53,217 nt of DNA, taken from positions 1 through 53,217 of the forward strand of contig JAYZIW010000025.1 of the NCBI GenBank assembly GCA_036165075.1, read 5' to 3'. Every line of letters starts with the position of its first letter. Position 1 is the first letter of the stretch. Positions 10,017 through 19,854 of the stretch are shown in pieces. The DNA comes from Fidelibacterota bacterium (GTDB lineage Bacteria > Fidelibacterota > Marinisomatia > Marinisomatales > Marinisomataceae). Made by a program: the position numbers and the translations under genes. Below the pieces are notes generated by a model, which did not search any database, was not told the DNA's origin, and saw nothing but the letters and a program-made list of their open reading frames with translations.

Positions 10017-11284
10017 CTTAATATCCTTGATAATAAATTATCTGTAGAACCTTTATTTTCTTCCATGACATTTCGTGAAGATTTACTAGCAGAATCGTAT
10101 ATATTTATATCATTAAAATTGCTTAAAACTTCCATTAAATGTGAACTAGAATCGATTGTAAATGCCGATGATACAGATAAGAGCTCTTCTGCTTCAAAAA
10201 AGTTACCATTTGAATAATTTGGGCCAAAAATTATTGGATTGGATGCTACAGCTGGCTCCATAATATTATGAATACCATCTCTTGAAAATCCTCCTCCTAT
10301 GTATGATATATATGCTTGCCAATATAATTTATATAAGATTCCTACAGCATTAACAATTATAACTTTCTCTTTTAGATCTGATAAATTCACATAGTCTTCT
10401 ATGACTATTGATGAAAGATTATTTCTAGTGGCTTGTTTCTGATAATAATTTATTGATTTATCTGATAGTTCATGAGGAACAAGTACAATTTTTGAATTAT
10501 TATGATTCAGTAAATCAAAAATCTCAGGAAAGAGTATTGAATCATCTTGAGGCCATAGACTAGCAAATAAAAATATTTTATTCTCTAACTTGTAGTCTAT
10601 ATCAAATTTAATATTAACATTAGACTCTTTTTCTAAAGCTATATCGAAGCGAGGGTTCCCCATTGCATCAATTTTTTTATTTGGAATAATTAACTTGATA
10701 TTTTCTAAATCTCGATTATTGACAGTGAAAATTTCATCAATCATGCTATATATAAATTTATAAATACTCTTTACCGGTCTTTTTAGTTTGAAGCTACTAT
10801 CATGAACTCTTGCAGAAATGAGCATTGTTTTAATACCTAAATAACGTGCAGCAAGAATGATATTAGGCCAAACATCATATGAAGCAAAAATCATTTTTTT
10901 TGGTTTAATTATATTGAAACTTCTAAATGCTGACCATAAAAAATCAAATGGAAGATATATCTTACAGTCAATATTCTTACTATTCACATTATTGTACCCA
11001 GATGGTGAGAAGAATGATACCAAGATTCCTGCATTAGAATTAACATTCTTTATATTTGTAATAATAGACTCTATTTGTTGAAACTCACCAAAAGATGATA
11101 CATGAAACCAATATATATCAGAGAAAGAATTAGTACGATCAAACTCTCTTAACTTATTTAAAGAATTATATCTTCCAAAAAGACCTAACCTAATTTTAGA
11201 ATTAAATGGAGATAGAAATATGGCTAGTAAAAAAAATAGTGGATAAAAAAAGACATTATATATAGTTAACCAGAAAAATTTCAT
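10013..11284 (-). CDS. waaA: 3-deoxy-D-manno-octulosonic acid (Kdo) transferase
   Basis: 423 aa. N-terminal TM segment, WFHVSSFGEFQQ (compare E. coli xVSVGE) and C-terminal GIHNIMEPAV...PIIFGPNYSN block. Confidence 0.8.
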   Translation of the reverse strand: MKFFWLTIYNVFFYPLFFLLAIFLSPFNSKIRLGLFGRYNSLNKLREFDRTNSFSDIYWFHVSSFGEFQQIESIITNIKNVNSNAGILVSFFSPSGYNNVNSKNIDCKIYLPFDFLWSAFRSFNIIKPKKMIFASYDVWPNIILAARYLGIKTMLISARVHDSSFKLKRPVKSIYKFIYSMIDEIFTVNNRDLENIKLIIPNKKIDAMGNPRFDIALEKESNVNIKFDIDYKLENKIFLFASLWPQDDSILFPEIFDLLNHNNSKIVLVPHELSDKSINYYQKQATRNNLSSIVIEDYVNLSDLKEKVIIVNAVGILYKLYWQAYISYIGGGFSRDGIHNIMEPAVASNPIIFGPNYSNGNFFEAEELLSVSSAFTIDSSSHLMEVLSNFNDINIYDSASKSSRNVMEENKGSTDNLLSRILR

Positions 11285-12282
11285 GATACAAGAGATTGGT
11301 TAACATGTTCAAATACTTTTTCGCTGTCAATTTCTGACATACAGTATTGTTCCTTGCGGTAGCATGGCCTGCTTCCATTTTGTGAACAAGGTCTACACCA
11401 TAAGCTTTTATTTTCAATCATCTTAGAGCCAGGCAAAACAGTTTTTGCGCCAGTTTCTTGTGATGTAGGTCCAAGAATCATGGTTACTGGAGTGCCTAAT
11501 GCTTCAGAAATGTGAAGCAGTCCAGTATCGCTTCCAATAGTATGTTGAGAAGATTGAAGAATACCCATTGCCATTCTTAGGTTTGTTTTGTCTTTGAGGT
11601 TGATAATCCTATCATGCTTGATAACTTGATCGCATATAATATCATTCTTTGCTCCAAGAATAACAATTGTAGCATCAAACGACTTCATCAATCTCATCAT
11701 TAAATTATTATAATTCTCAATAGACCATTGTTTCTGACTCCATGCTGCACCAGGCACTATTGTAATATAATTTCTATCAATATTGTTTTCTGACAGATAT
11801 GACTTTGTTTGTTCTATCTCTTCGTTCGATAAATACAGTTTTGTTTCTGGAAATGGATCTGTTTTTTCCAATAGAGAATGGTACATTTTAATATGGCTAA
11901 AGCTCTTTTCAAAAAAATTCTGATAACCATAAAAAAGAATGAATCGTCGAAGTCTTGGTTTCTTTATTTGTCTAAAAAATCTCTTTCTTAAAAAAAATGA
12001 TAACACTCTCGTTCTGAATACGCTATGAATATCGTAAACCATATCATAGTCGTTAGATCTAAGCATCCTTCCGAGAGACATTAGGCCTTTAAAGCCCGTT
12101 TTCTTATCAAAAATAATTAAATTATCAATTAAAGGATGGTGGTGCATCATCTCAGCAAATTCTGATTTGATAAGAAAGTCAATTTTATGATTTGGAAATT
12201 TTGTTTTAACTGATTGTAAAAAAGATGTAGATAAGACAATATCGCCTATGGAGCTCATCCTTATAATAAGAATCTTTTTCAT
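11281..12282 (-). CDS. Glycosyltransferase family 9 (LPS heptosyltransferase-like)
   Basis: 333 aa. KILIIRMSSIGDIVLST N-terminus and C-terminal GSDTGLLHISEALGTPV, typical of GT9. 4-nt overlap with waaA. Confidence 0.8.
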   Translation of the reverse strand: MKKILIIRMSSIGDIVLSTSFLQSVKTKFPNHKIDFLIKSEFAEMMHHHPLIDNLIIFDKKTGFKGLMSLGRMLRSNDYDMVYDIHSVFRTRVLSFFLRKRFFRQIKKPRLRRFILFYGYQNFFEKSFSHIKMYHSLLEKTDPFPETKLYLSNEEIEQTKSYLSENNIDRNYITIVPGAAWSQKQWSIENYNNLMMRLMKSFDATIVILGAKNDIICDQVIKHDRIINLKDKTNLRMAMGILQSSQHTIGSDTGLLHISEALGTPVTMILGPTSQETGAKTVLPGSKMIENKSLWCRPCSQNGSRPCYRKEQYCMSEIDSEKVFEHVNQSLVS

Positions 12283-13010
12283 TATGAATCTTGGTTAAAC
12301 AGTTTATTTGTAAACCATGAAACAAAAATACTAATCTCATAAAGAATAAGCATTGGTATGGACATAATAATTAGACTTATAGGATCTGGAGGGGTAATAA
12401 TAGCAGATAAGATAACTGTACTCATTATCGCCTCCCTTCTATACTGTCTTAAAAAACTAGGAGTTACTATACCTATTGATGAAAAAAGAAAAGAAGCAAC
12501 TGGCAACTCAAAAACAATGCCTGATCCAATGATTAAGGCTAAAACAAAACTAAAATAATAATTAATAGAAAAGTTATTCTCGATACCCCCAGTTATCATT
12601 GATGCAAAGAAATCCAAAGAAAACGGCAAGATTACCTTATATGCAAACATGCCTCCCAACATAAAACATACAAATGCAGTTAAAATAAGAGGTAACAATA
12701 TTTTTCTTTCTTTGTCGTAGAGTCCAGGAGATAAGAATTTCCAGATTTGAACTGTGATAATAGGTATTGAAAATATGAAACCTCCAATAATTGCTAAATT
12801 CCATTTTAACATAAACATACCTTGAATAGTTAAAACTTGAAGGTTCATTTCTCCAGTAATTTGATTGGCTGGAGCAATTAATAGATCTACCAAGTTATTT
12901 GAAAAATTAAATGTGATAATAGACATGAGGAATATTGCCCCAAGAGATTTTAATATTCTCCATCTAAGTTCTTCGAGATGGTCAATTATTGACATATCAT
13001 TGTTATTCAT
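12282..13010 (-). CDS. tatC: Twin-arginine translocase subunit TatC
   Basis: 242 aa, 6-TM pattern. IDHLEELRWRILKS N-terminus typical of TatC. Confidence 0.88.
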   Translation of the reverse strand: MNNNDMSIIDHLEELRWRILKSLGAIFLMSIITFNFSNNLVDLLIAPANQITGEMNLQVLTIQGMFMLKWNLAIIGGFIFSIPIITVQIWKFLSPGLYDKERKILLPLILTAFVCFMLGGMFAYKVILPFSLDFFASMITGGIENNFSINYYFSFVLALIIGSGIVFELPVASFLFSSIGIVTPSFLRQYRREAIMSTVILSAIITPPDPISLIIMSIPMLILYEISIFVSWFTNKLFNQDS

Positions 13011-13011
13011 G

Positions 13012-13947
13012 TTACTTTTTTACCTTATCTACAATATCATAAGGGGACTTAAACTTAATATCTTCCTCATTTAAATTTTCAACAAATTTTACTCTATCCT
13101 TGGACCAGAAATCTCTTATAACATCTTTCTCGATAATATTCTTCATTCTTCGGGTAAAACGTGACAATTGACGGCTTTTAATTTGATCATTATGCTGTAT
13201 AGACTTATGATATTCAATAATAGCCATTGCAAAATCTTCAATTCCATCTCCCGATTTACAGCTAGTCTTAAAAATAGGTATTTTTTTAATATCTTTTTTA
13301 GTGGCAGAGATAATATTATTAATTGATCTCACTAAGAGATTTGCATCTTTTCTATCTGATTTATTAACAACAAATATATCTGCTAACTCTAATATTCCAG
13401 CTTTTAATAGTTGAATTTCATCTCCAGATTCGGGAACAAAAACAAGTGTGGTTAAATCTGTGATCTCAGATACACTATATTCCGACTGACCTACGCCTAC
13501 TGTTTCAACAAAAATGATATCTTTTCCACTAAAAGCAAGAATATCACTAAAATCTTCAGCTAGATCTGTAACACCACCAAGTTCGGCTCTAGAACCCATA
13601 CTTCTTACAAAAACTTTGTCATCATCAACAGAATTCTTAATACGCACCCTATCTCCTAAGAAAGAACCTCCTGTAATAGGGCTGGATGGATCAATTGCAA
13701 TGATACCTACAGATAAGTTTTTTTCTCTGATTTTTGGAATCAACTGATTCATAATAGAGCTTTTACCCGCTCCAGGCGGCCCTGTAATACCTATTTTAAT
13801 CGAATTAGAAGCGTGCTTAAAAATATGACTTGAAACATCTTTTCTAGAAAGCAATCCTGTTTCAATACCTGTCATTAATTCTGAAATTGCTATAAAATCA
13901 TTTGCTTGCGCCTTCTTCAGAATTTTCTCTAGATTTTTTGAACTCAT
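13012..13947 (-). CDS. meaB: MeaB/ArgK-type G3E P-loop GTPase (methylmalonyl-CoA mutase-associated chaperone family)
   Basis: GITGPPGAGKSS, VETVGVGQSE, VVNKSD. No mutase gene in the window. Confidence 0.8.
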   Translation of the reverse strand: MSSKNLEKILKKAQANDFIAISELMTGIETGLLSRKDVSSHIFKHASNSIKIGITGPPGAGKSSIMNQLIPKIREKNLSVGIIAIDPSSPITGGSFLGDRVRIKNSVDDDKVFVRSMGSRAELGGVTDLAEDFSDILAFSGKDIIFVETVGVGQSEYSVSEITDLTTLVFVPESGDEIQLLKAGILELADIFVVNKSDRKDANLLVRSINNIISATKKDIKKIPIFKTSCKSGDGIEDFAMAIIEYHKSIQHNDQIKSRQLSRFTRRMKNIIEKDVIRDFWSKDRVKFVENLNEEDIKFKSPYDIVDKVKK

Positions 13948-13999
13948 ATCATAATTTAATTGCTAGAATTTTAAAAGAATAATCAAAACTAGAAATTTA

Positions 14000-14028
14000 T
14001 TGACATCGCATTTGGAATAGAATAAGTT
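14000..14028 (+). promoter_or_regulatory. Candidate sigma-70-type promoter for rpsT (TTGACA-17 nt-TAAGTT)
   Basis: TTGACA at 14000..14005, a 17-nt spacer, then TAAGTT at 14023..14028. This is sequence match only. An AT-rich background makes chance matches likely, and FCB-type sigma-A may prefer other motifs. Confidence 0.25.
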
Positions 14029-14041
14029 GCGTACGCAATTT

Positions 14042-14299
14042 ATGGATAGACATAAACAACAAATTAAACGAGATCGACAAGATTTGAAACGTAGAGCAAT
14101 CAATGCTCAGAACAAATCTAAGATGAGAACATTGATTAAAAATGTGATGTCTCACGACGACGCTAAAAAAGCAACAGAATCTTATTCGAGTGCAATTTCT
14201 TTCATTGATAAAATGGCAAGCAAGAATTTAATTCATAAAAATAATGCTGCTAGACAAAAATCAAAGCTTACTAATTATTTAAATTCTTTAAGTAAATAA
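14042..14299 (+). CDS. rpsT: 30S ribosomal protein S20
   Basis: The track ORF starts at TTG 14027. ATG 14042 gives MDRHKQQIKRDRQ..., which aligns residue-for-residue with the usual S20 N-terminus (MANIKSAIKR...). LIHKNNAARQKS near the C-terminus is an S20 hallmark. Confidence 0.9.
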   Translation: MDRHKQQIKRDRQDLKRRAINAQNKSKMRTLIKNVMSHDDAKKATESYSSAISFIDKMASKNLIHKNNAARQKSKLTNYLNSLSK

Positions 14300-14302
14300 C
14301 AA

Positions 14303-14815
14303 TTACTTAAATTTATCTTTAATAACTTCGACCCAACCAACTATTCGCTCTTCTGTGAGCTCTTCTTCATTATCATTATCAACACCGAGTCCTAAAAACT
14401 CATCACCGTCGAGCGCTTCAGATTCATCAAATTCATATCCTTCTGTTGGCCATCTTCCTATTAACTGACCGCCATTCTTCATAAATGGTTTAGCTAATAG
14501 ACCAACAGCATCTAAATAATTAAAACTATATGATACTTGATCTCCAGCGCCAAAAAATGCGCCTGTAATATTGCTAAAATCTAGCTTTCGATATTCTAGA
14601 TATATCTCTTCCCAATCTTCTTGTAATTCACCCACATTCCATGTTGGACAACCAATAATAAGATTTGAATATTCTAGCATTTTCGACGGTTCAGTCGATC
14701 TGATATCATATGAGTCTACCTCATAACCTTCTGCTTCCATAAGTTCTTGAAGCAATTCTGAAGCTTCTTCTTGATTACCAGTTGTGCTTCCCCAAAATAA
14801 TCCTATTTTTTCCAT
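14303..14815 (-). CDS. fldA: Long-chain flavodoxin
   Basis: 170 aa. IGLFWGSTTGNQE FMN-phosphate loop and acidic composition. Confidence 0.88.
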   Translation of the reverse strand: MEKIGLFWGSTTGNQEEASELLQELMEAEGYEVDSYDIRSTEPSKMLEYSNLIIGCPTWNVGELQEDWEEIYLEYRKLDFSNITGAFFGAGDQVSYSFNYLDAVGLLAKPFMKNGGQLIGRWPTEGYEFDESEALDGDEFLGLGVDNDNEEELTEERIVGWVEVIKDKFK

Positions 14816-14905
14816 AATAGTTAGATCCCCTCTAGTTATTTAATGGGGTAATTTAAGTATAGTTTTATATATTGTTGAGATTAAATCTCAAGAAATTATA
14901 TTTCT

Positions 14906-16372
14906 TTATTTATCATGTCCTTGATAATTAGGAGCCTCTTTGATAATACTTACTTCATGAGGATGACTTTCTCTTCCAGCAGCAGCTGAGATTTGAATAA
15001 ACTTTTTATTTTTATAAAATGAAGATAAATCTTTAGCTCCGCAATATCCCATAGATGATTTTAATCCACCAATTAATTGAAAAATTGTATTATTTACTGG
15101 ACCTCTAAAAGGAACCATACCTTCAATTCCTTCAGGTACGAGCTTTAACTCATCTTTCTCTTGTTGAAAATATCGTTCACCGCCACCTTCTTTCATGGCA
15201 GCTAGAGAACCCATTCCTCTATATGATTTATATCTTCTTCCTTCATAAACAATAGTTTCTCCAGGACTCTCATCCATTCCTGCTAACATACCGCCCAACA
15301 TTACAACGCTAGCTCCAGCAGCCAATGACTTTGCAATATCACCGCTATAGCGAATACCTCCATCAGCAATAATTGGAATATTATGCTTCAGACCAACCTT
15401 AGCACAATCAATCACTGCTGAAAGTTGCGGAACGCCTATTCCGGCAACAATTCGTGTTGTACAACTAGATCCTGCACCTATACCTACCTTTACGCAATCA
15501 GCTCCTGCTTTAATTAAATCTTCAGTCGCCTCAGCTGTAGCCACATTACCAGCTATTAAATCTAATTTCGGGAATGCTTTTTTAATCTTTTTTACCAATT
15601 CTAAAACGTATTCTGAATGACCATGTGCAGTATCTACTACAACAGCATCAACACCCACAGAATAAAGCGCGCTAATTCTATCAGACCAATCGTCTCTGAC
15701 GCTCACCGCAGCTGCAACTCTCAATCTTCCATTTTTATCTTTTGAAGAATTAGGGAATTCTTCTTTCTTCGTTAAATCTTTAACTGTAATTAGACCTGCT
15801 AAATTGTCTTTTCCATCTACGACCAGTAATCTTTCTATTCTATGTTTTTGCAATATTTTTTTAGCTTCTTCATTAGTCGTATCTGATTTGACAGTGACTA
15901 AATTTTTTGCTGTCATTCTATCTTTTACCAAGACAGTTAAATCTGATTCAAATCGTATATCTCTCTTGGTAATAATACCTACCAACTTACCTTTTGCAAG
16001 CACTGGTAGTCCCCCAATCGAGTATTGGTCCATTAATTTCTTCGCTTCTCCTACAGATTTACTTTGATCTAAGGTAATAGGATTCTGAATCATTCCACTT
16101 TCATAGCGCTTTACCTTATCAACCATCAAAGCTTGCTCTTCAATACTTAGATTCTTATGAATAACACCAATTCCACCCTGTCTAGCAAGAGCAATGGCCA
16201 TATCCGATTCAGTCACTGTATCCATTGCTGCGCTCATAACAGGTATATTCAATTCAATGTTCTTTGTAAGATGAGTTGAACAGTCTACTTCTTTAGGTAA
16301 AACAGAAGATTTCTGAGGGACTAAGAGAACATCATCAAATGTTAGTGTTTTTTTAATAGTATCTTTAGCCAC
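14906..16372 (-). CDS. guaB: IMP dehydrogenase
   Basis: 488 aa. LTFDDVLLVP, CBS pair, catalytic loop GIGAGSSCTTR. GTG start preceded by GGAG. Confidence 0.95.
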   Translation of the reverse strand: MAKDTIKKTLTFDDVLLVPQKSSVLPKEVDCSTHLTKNIELNIPVMSAAMDTVTESDMAIALARQGGIGVIHKNLSIEEQALMVDKVKRYESGMIQNPITLDQSKSVGEAKKLMDQYSIGGLPVLAKGKLVGIITKRDIRFESDLTVLVKDRMTAKNLVTVKSDTTNEEAKKILQKHRIERLLVVDGKDNLAGLITVKDLTKKEEFPNSSKDKNGRLRVAAAVSVRDDWSDRISALYSVGVDAVVVDTAHGHSEYVLELVKKIKKAFPKLDLIAGNVATAEATEDLIKAGADCVKVGIGAGSSCTTRIVAGIGVPQLSAVIDCAKVGLKHNIPIIADGGIRYSGDIAKSLAAGASVVMLGGMLAGMDESPGETIVYEGRRYKSYRGMGSLAAMKEGGGERYFQQEKDELKLVPEGIEGMVPFRGPVNNTIFQLIGGLKSSMGYCGAKDLSSFYKNKKFIQISAAAGRESHPHEVSIIKEAPNYQGHDK

Positions 16373-16492
16373 GAAAAACTCCGAGCGTAAAGGTTGGAAC
16401 GATTAGTGTGTTAAACTTCTTAGAATAAAAAGTTTTCATTAAGGTCAACATTGGACAATTTAATAAAAAAGATAAGAAAATCCAGCAGATTA

Positions 16493-17251
16493 TTAATTGC
16501 TATCAAATTTCAACCAATTATACCCTTTATTGGTCGTAAAATAATAATAACAATAGAAGAATATAAAGTATCCTAACCCCATAAAGCCAAACCATAATTC
16601 TTTGGTTGATAAGAATATAAACAAAATAAATGGTAGATATTTCTGAGCATAGCCAAGATATTCTTTTGACTTAAATATTGATGCAACAATAAGAAATGGT
16701 AAATATACTACTGCACTAGTAGATAAAACTGGTTCATCTTGATATATTGAAAAGATTAGAGCAATAATAGTAATAATAGTAGAAACAATTTTGCTACGCA
16801 AACTATCTGAACGATATAATATATACAAAACAATAAAGAGCAAGAATAACCCAATCATCATCTTACCAAAAATAAGCACATCAATAAAAGCATAAATTGA
16901 TAAGAACAATAGGAAATTTGTTTGAAAATCTCTTTTGACTGTACGAAATGGTCCAAAAGACTCAAATCTGCTCATTAACCATAGAAATAGGATAGAGTGT
17001 AAGGCAATATTTACAACACCAATCCAGTCTTCAGGAATCATAGAGAATAGGTAATATCTATTTAGATCAATTTCCATAGCTCTATAAATTGCTATATCAT
17101 AAGATTTGACTAAATAATGTTGAAATGCAAACATAATCCACATTGGGAAAAATAATTCTAATCGATCAATTATATCGGTATCAATTCTCTGAAAAAGATT
17201 ATGGATATGCTTATATATAGAAGATGTAGGCGGAAAAATTCTCTTAAACAT
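16493..17251 (-). CDS. Hypothetical polytopic membrane protein
   Basis: 252 aa, about 7 hydrophobic segments, no motif I recognise. It lies 5 nt downstream of the NSS transporter gene. Confidence 0.5.
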   Translation of the reverse strand: MFKRIFPPTSSIYKHIHNLFQRIDTDIIDRLELFFPMWIMFAFQHYLVKSYDIAIYRAMEIDLNRYYLFSMIPEDWIGVVNIALHSILFLWLMSRFESFGPFRTVKRDFQTNFLLFLSIYAFIDVLIFGKMMIGLFLLFIVLYILYRSDSLRSKIVSTIITIIALIFSIYQDEPVLSTSAVVYLPFLIVASIFKSKEYLGYAQKYLPFILFIFLSTKELWFGFMGLGYFIFFYCYYYFTTNKGYNWLKFDSN

Positions 17252-17256
17252 TCAGC

Positions 17257-18636
17257 TTAAATCCAACCAAATTGATATAAGAATACAAGGAAGATAGATA
17301 TTGGACTTACATATTTTATTAGAAAAGTAAAAATAGCGACAAAAGACTTCGATTTAAAAACAGAGTTTCCAAAGTAGATAGATTGAGATTCTCCTATTAA
17401 TAGGTTTCTAACAACCTCATCTACTTTCCATACATATCCTGCAAACACTGCTAGAAAAAACCCACCAAGAGGTAAAAGAACATTAGATGCTAGGTAGTCA
17501 GCCATATCAAAGAAAGTGAAATCAGTTCCTAATAATTTGAAATCCGCAAGAACGTTAAAAGATAAAGCGCATGGAATCGCAGCTATATAGACTAAAATAG
17601 CCATAGTGAGTGTTGCCTTCCTTCTTGAATACTTCAACTCATCTGTTAAATAAGCAACACTAACCTCTAAAATTGAAATTGCAGAAGTTATAGCTGCAAT
17701 AGTTAGTAAAAGAAAAAATAGGAGTGCAAAGAAATATCCTCCTGCTAATTGAGAAAGCAAGGGAGGTAATACGTGAAATACAAGACCAGGTCCTGCTGTA
17801 GGATCATATCCAGATGAAAACACAACAGTAAAGATAGCAACACCGGCCATTATTGCAATAAAAGTATCAAGGAATGCTACCAGATATGAGGCATTAACAA
17901 TGTCGTCATTATCTGAAAGATAACTTCCATAAGTCATCATCGCACCCATACCTAAACTGAGAGTAAAAAATGCATGCCCTAAAGCAAGTAAGAAAGTTTG
18001 CGCATTAATTTTTGACCAATCTGGTTCGAATAAAAATTCTACTCCTTTATTGGAGTCAGGCAGTGCCAGTCCTTGAACTACTAAAATCATTAAAATGATA
18101 AATAAAGCGGGCATTAAATACCTACTCGCTCTTTCTAATCCCTCTCTAACGCCTGACAATATAATTCCAACAACCAGTAAGAAAAATCCTGTATGATAAC
18201 CCATGACCCATAATGGATTGCTATTTTTAAGATCAAAAAACTCTCCTGCAAGTTGTGGCGTATCGAAAGTAAATCCTTTAATAGCTTCTATTGTATAGGC
18301 TACAGACCATCCGCCAACAATACTGTAAAAAGAAAGAATAGTAAAACTAGCAAATACTCCTAATGCCCCTACATATGTCCAAAAAGGTTTCCCTGATAAC
18401 GCCCTAAATGCACCTACTGGATTTTTTTGTGTGGCTCTTCCTAATAAGATTTCAACATTTAAGATTGGCAATCCTATCATAAGAATACAAATCATATAAA
18501 TGAATAAGAATGCTGCGCCACCGTTCTCTCCTGCGATATAAGGAAATTTCCAGATATTACCAAGTCCCACTGCTGAACCAGCAGCAGCCAATATAAAACT
18601 TGCCTTAGAACTCCATTGCTCTCTATTGTTGCTCAT
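17257..18636 (-). CDS. Sodium-dependent transporter, neurotransmitter:sodium symporter (SNF/NSS) family
   Basis: 459 aa. N-terminal REQWSSKASFILAAAGSAVGLGNIWKFPY signature. Confidence 0.9.
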   Translation of the reverse strand: MSNNREQWSSKASFILAAAGSAVGLGNIWKFPYIAGENGGAAFLFIYMICILMIGLPILNVEILLGRATQKNPVGAFRALSGKPFWTYVGALGVFASFTILSFYSIVGGWSVAYTIEAIKGFTFDTPQLAGEFFDLKNSNPLWVMGYHTGFFLLVVGIILSGVREGLERASRYLMPALFIILMILVVQGLALPDSNKGVEFLFEPDWSKINAQTFLLALGHAFFTLSLGMGAMMTYGSYLSDNDDIVNASYLVAFLDTFIAIMAGVAIFTVVFSSGYDPTAGPGLVFHVLPPLLSQLAGGYFFALLFFLLLTIAAITSAISILEVSVAYLTDELKYSRRKATLTMAILVYIAAIPCALSFNVLADFKLLGTDFTFFDMADYLASNVLLPLGGFFLAVFAGYVWKVDEVVRNLLIGESQSIYFGNSVFKSKSFVAIFTFLIKYVSPISIFLVFLYQFGWI

Positions 18637-19060
18637 TTTCTTCCTTATTATTTAGAGGATCGCTTTCTTCAACGATCTCATCAAAGTTGTCAAGGTGCGC
18701 TTCTACTACCGCATCAAGAACGCTATAAAAATATAAACCAATTGCAATCCATGCAAATCGATTTCTTTCTCTTAAATAATGTTCCTTGGAATTTGCATAA
18801 GAATCATCATAATTATTATATTTTTTTCTATTTTCATTAAAACTCCATAATGCTAAGATTTCACCTGCCATCAATGTATATCCTTTGACTTTTTGATCAT
18901 TATATATTTGTCCGGCTCCCGGTATTGTCAATGAACGCTTCAAAGCAACTTTAGGGTCTTTTAATTGTTCTTCTTCGGTACGAAAATCTACTTTCTGTTG
19001 AGAAAAAAGATAGGAAAAAATAACAAGGCTAAAGAATAGTGATTTTGCTAGCCTAAACAT
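18623..19060 (-). CDS. DUF5683-like exported/membrane protein
   Basis: Signal-like N-terminus, PGAGQIYNDQKVKGY motif and a C-terminal hydrophobic helix. This resembles the Bacteroidota DUF5683 family, recalled from memory. Confidence 0.4.
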   Translation of the reverse strand: MFRLAKSLFFSLVIFSYLFSQQKVDFRTEEEQLKDPKVALKRSLTIPGAGQIYNDQKVKGYTLMAGEILALWSFNENRKKYNNYDDSYANSKEHYLRERNRFAWIAIGLYFYSVLDAVVEAHLDNFDEIVEESDPLNNKEENEQQ

Positions 19061-19413
19061 TCAATTTCTACTCTTGCTCCCATTGGTAATCCTGCTACTT
19101 GAATTGTAGTACGTGCTGGATACGCGCCCTTAATTCTTTTTTCTATTTCAGCATTTACTAATGGCGTATAAGTTAAGTCTGTTAGAAATACAGTAAATTT
19201 TCTTATATCTTCTATCGTCTTATTATTATCTGCCAAAACAGCTTCAATATTGTTAAAGACTTGGCTTACTTCATCTTCGATAGTATCATTATTTAATTCT
19301 CCAGATTCAGGATTTATAGGAATTGATCCTGCCATAACCCAATCAGAATTATCACCTAAATTTCTAAACATTGAATAGGGGCCAACGGGGGTAGGTGCTT
19401 TAAAATTGCTCAT
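19048..19413 (-). CDS. ridA: RidA/YjgF/UK114 family reactive-intermediate deaminase
   Basis: 121 aa. C-terminal PARTTIQVAGLPMGARVEIE. Confidence 0.8.
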   Translation of the reverse strand: MSNFKAPTPVGPYSMFRNLGDNSDWVMAGSIPINPESGELNNDTIEDEVSQVFNNIEAVLADNNKTIEDIRKFTVFLTDLTYTPLVNAEIEKRIKGAYPARTTIQVAGLPMGARVEIECLG

Positions 19414-19425
19414 TACTATTTCCTT

Positions 19426-19854
19426 TCAAATTTTGCATAAACTTAACGTAGCTAATCCAATATCTTCATTGTGAGCTCTATGCGTTTTATCTTTAAAATT
19501 ATGTATTATGAATTCTCCTACTGCTGCCACTTCCATCTCAAATAAATGTCCACCCGAAACCTGCATATCATGATTTCCTAAGGTGATATGAGCGTGTAAA
19601 AAAGGCTTATCATCTTTTAAAGCGATATTTCCTTGAAATGACAATAACTCAAGCGTAGAATCAAAAACTTTATGTATATAATCCTTTGAAGTAATATCAT
19701 AAGCTCCTATATCGACATTCTTAACTGCTCCTATACCTGAAATCTGTCCAGAGTATATTTTTTGTTCTATACAAAAAACTGTTAGACTATCTATTACTTT
19801 CTCGCCTTTTTCAACATAAACAATATAAGAATCATCAATTTTTTGAAATTGCAT
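19426..19854 (-). CDS. PPC (DUF296) domain protein
   Basis: 142 aa. Pattern ...GIGAV...LSFQGNIA...PFLHAHITLG... typical of PF03479. Confidence 0.6.
   Translation of the reverse strand: MQFQKIDDSYIVYVEKGEKVIDSLTVFCIEQKIYSGQISGIGAVKNVDIGAYDITSKDYIHKVFDSTLELLSFQGNIALKDDKPFLHAHITLGNHDMQVSGGHLFEMEVAAVGEFIIHNFKDKTHRAHNEDIGLATLSLCKI

Noticed and set aside
14875-14891. Perfect 7-bp hairpin (TTGAGAT-TAA-ATCTCAA) 15 nt after the guaB stop as an intrinsic terminator
   Set aside because: The stem is AT-rich, and on the transcribed (minus) strand it is followed by CAAUAUAUAAAAC rather than a U-tract. It may still be an RNA-processing or weak pause element, but I cannot support a terminator call.
16365-16451. 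28-aa upstream ORF overlapping the guaB GTG start
   Set aside because: The sequence (MLTLMKTFYSKKFNTLIVPTFTLGVFRG) has no features and I see no SD. It is most likely a chance ORF in the 120-nt guaB leader. I also recognised no purine-riboswitch-like core there.
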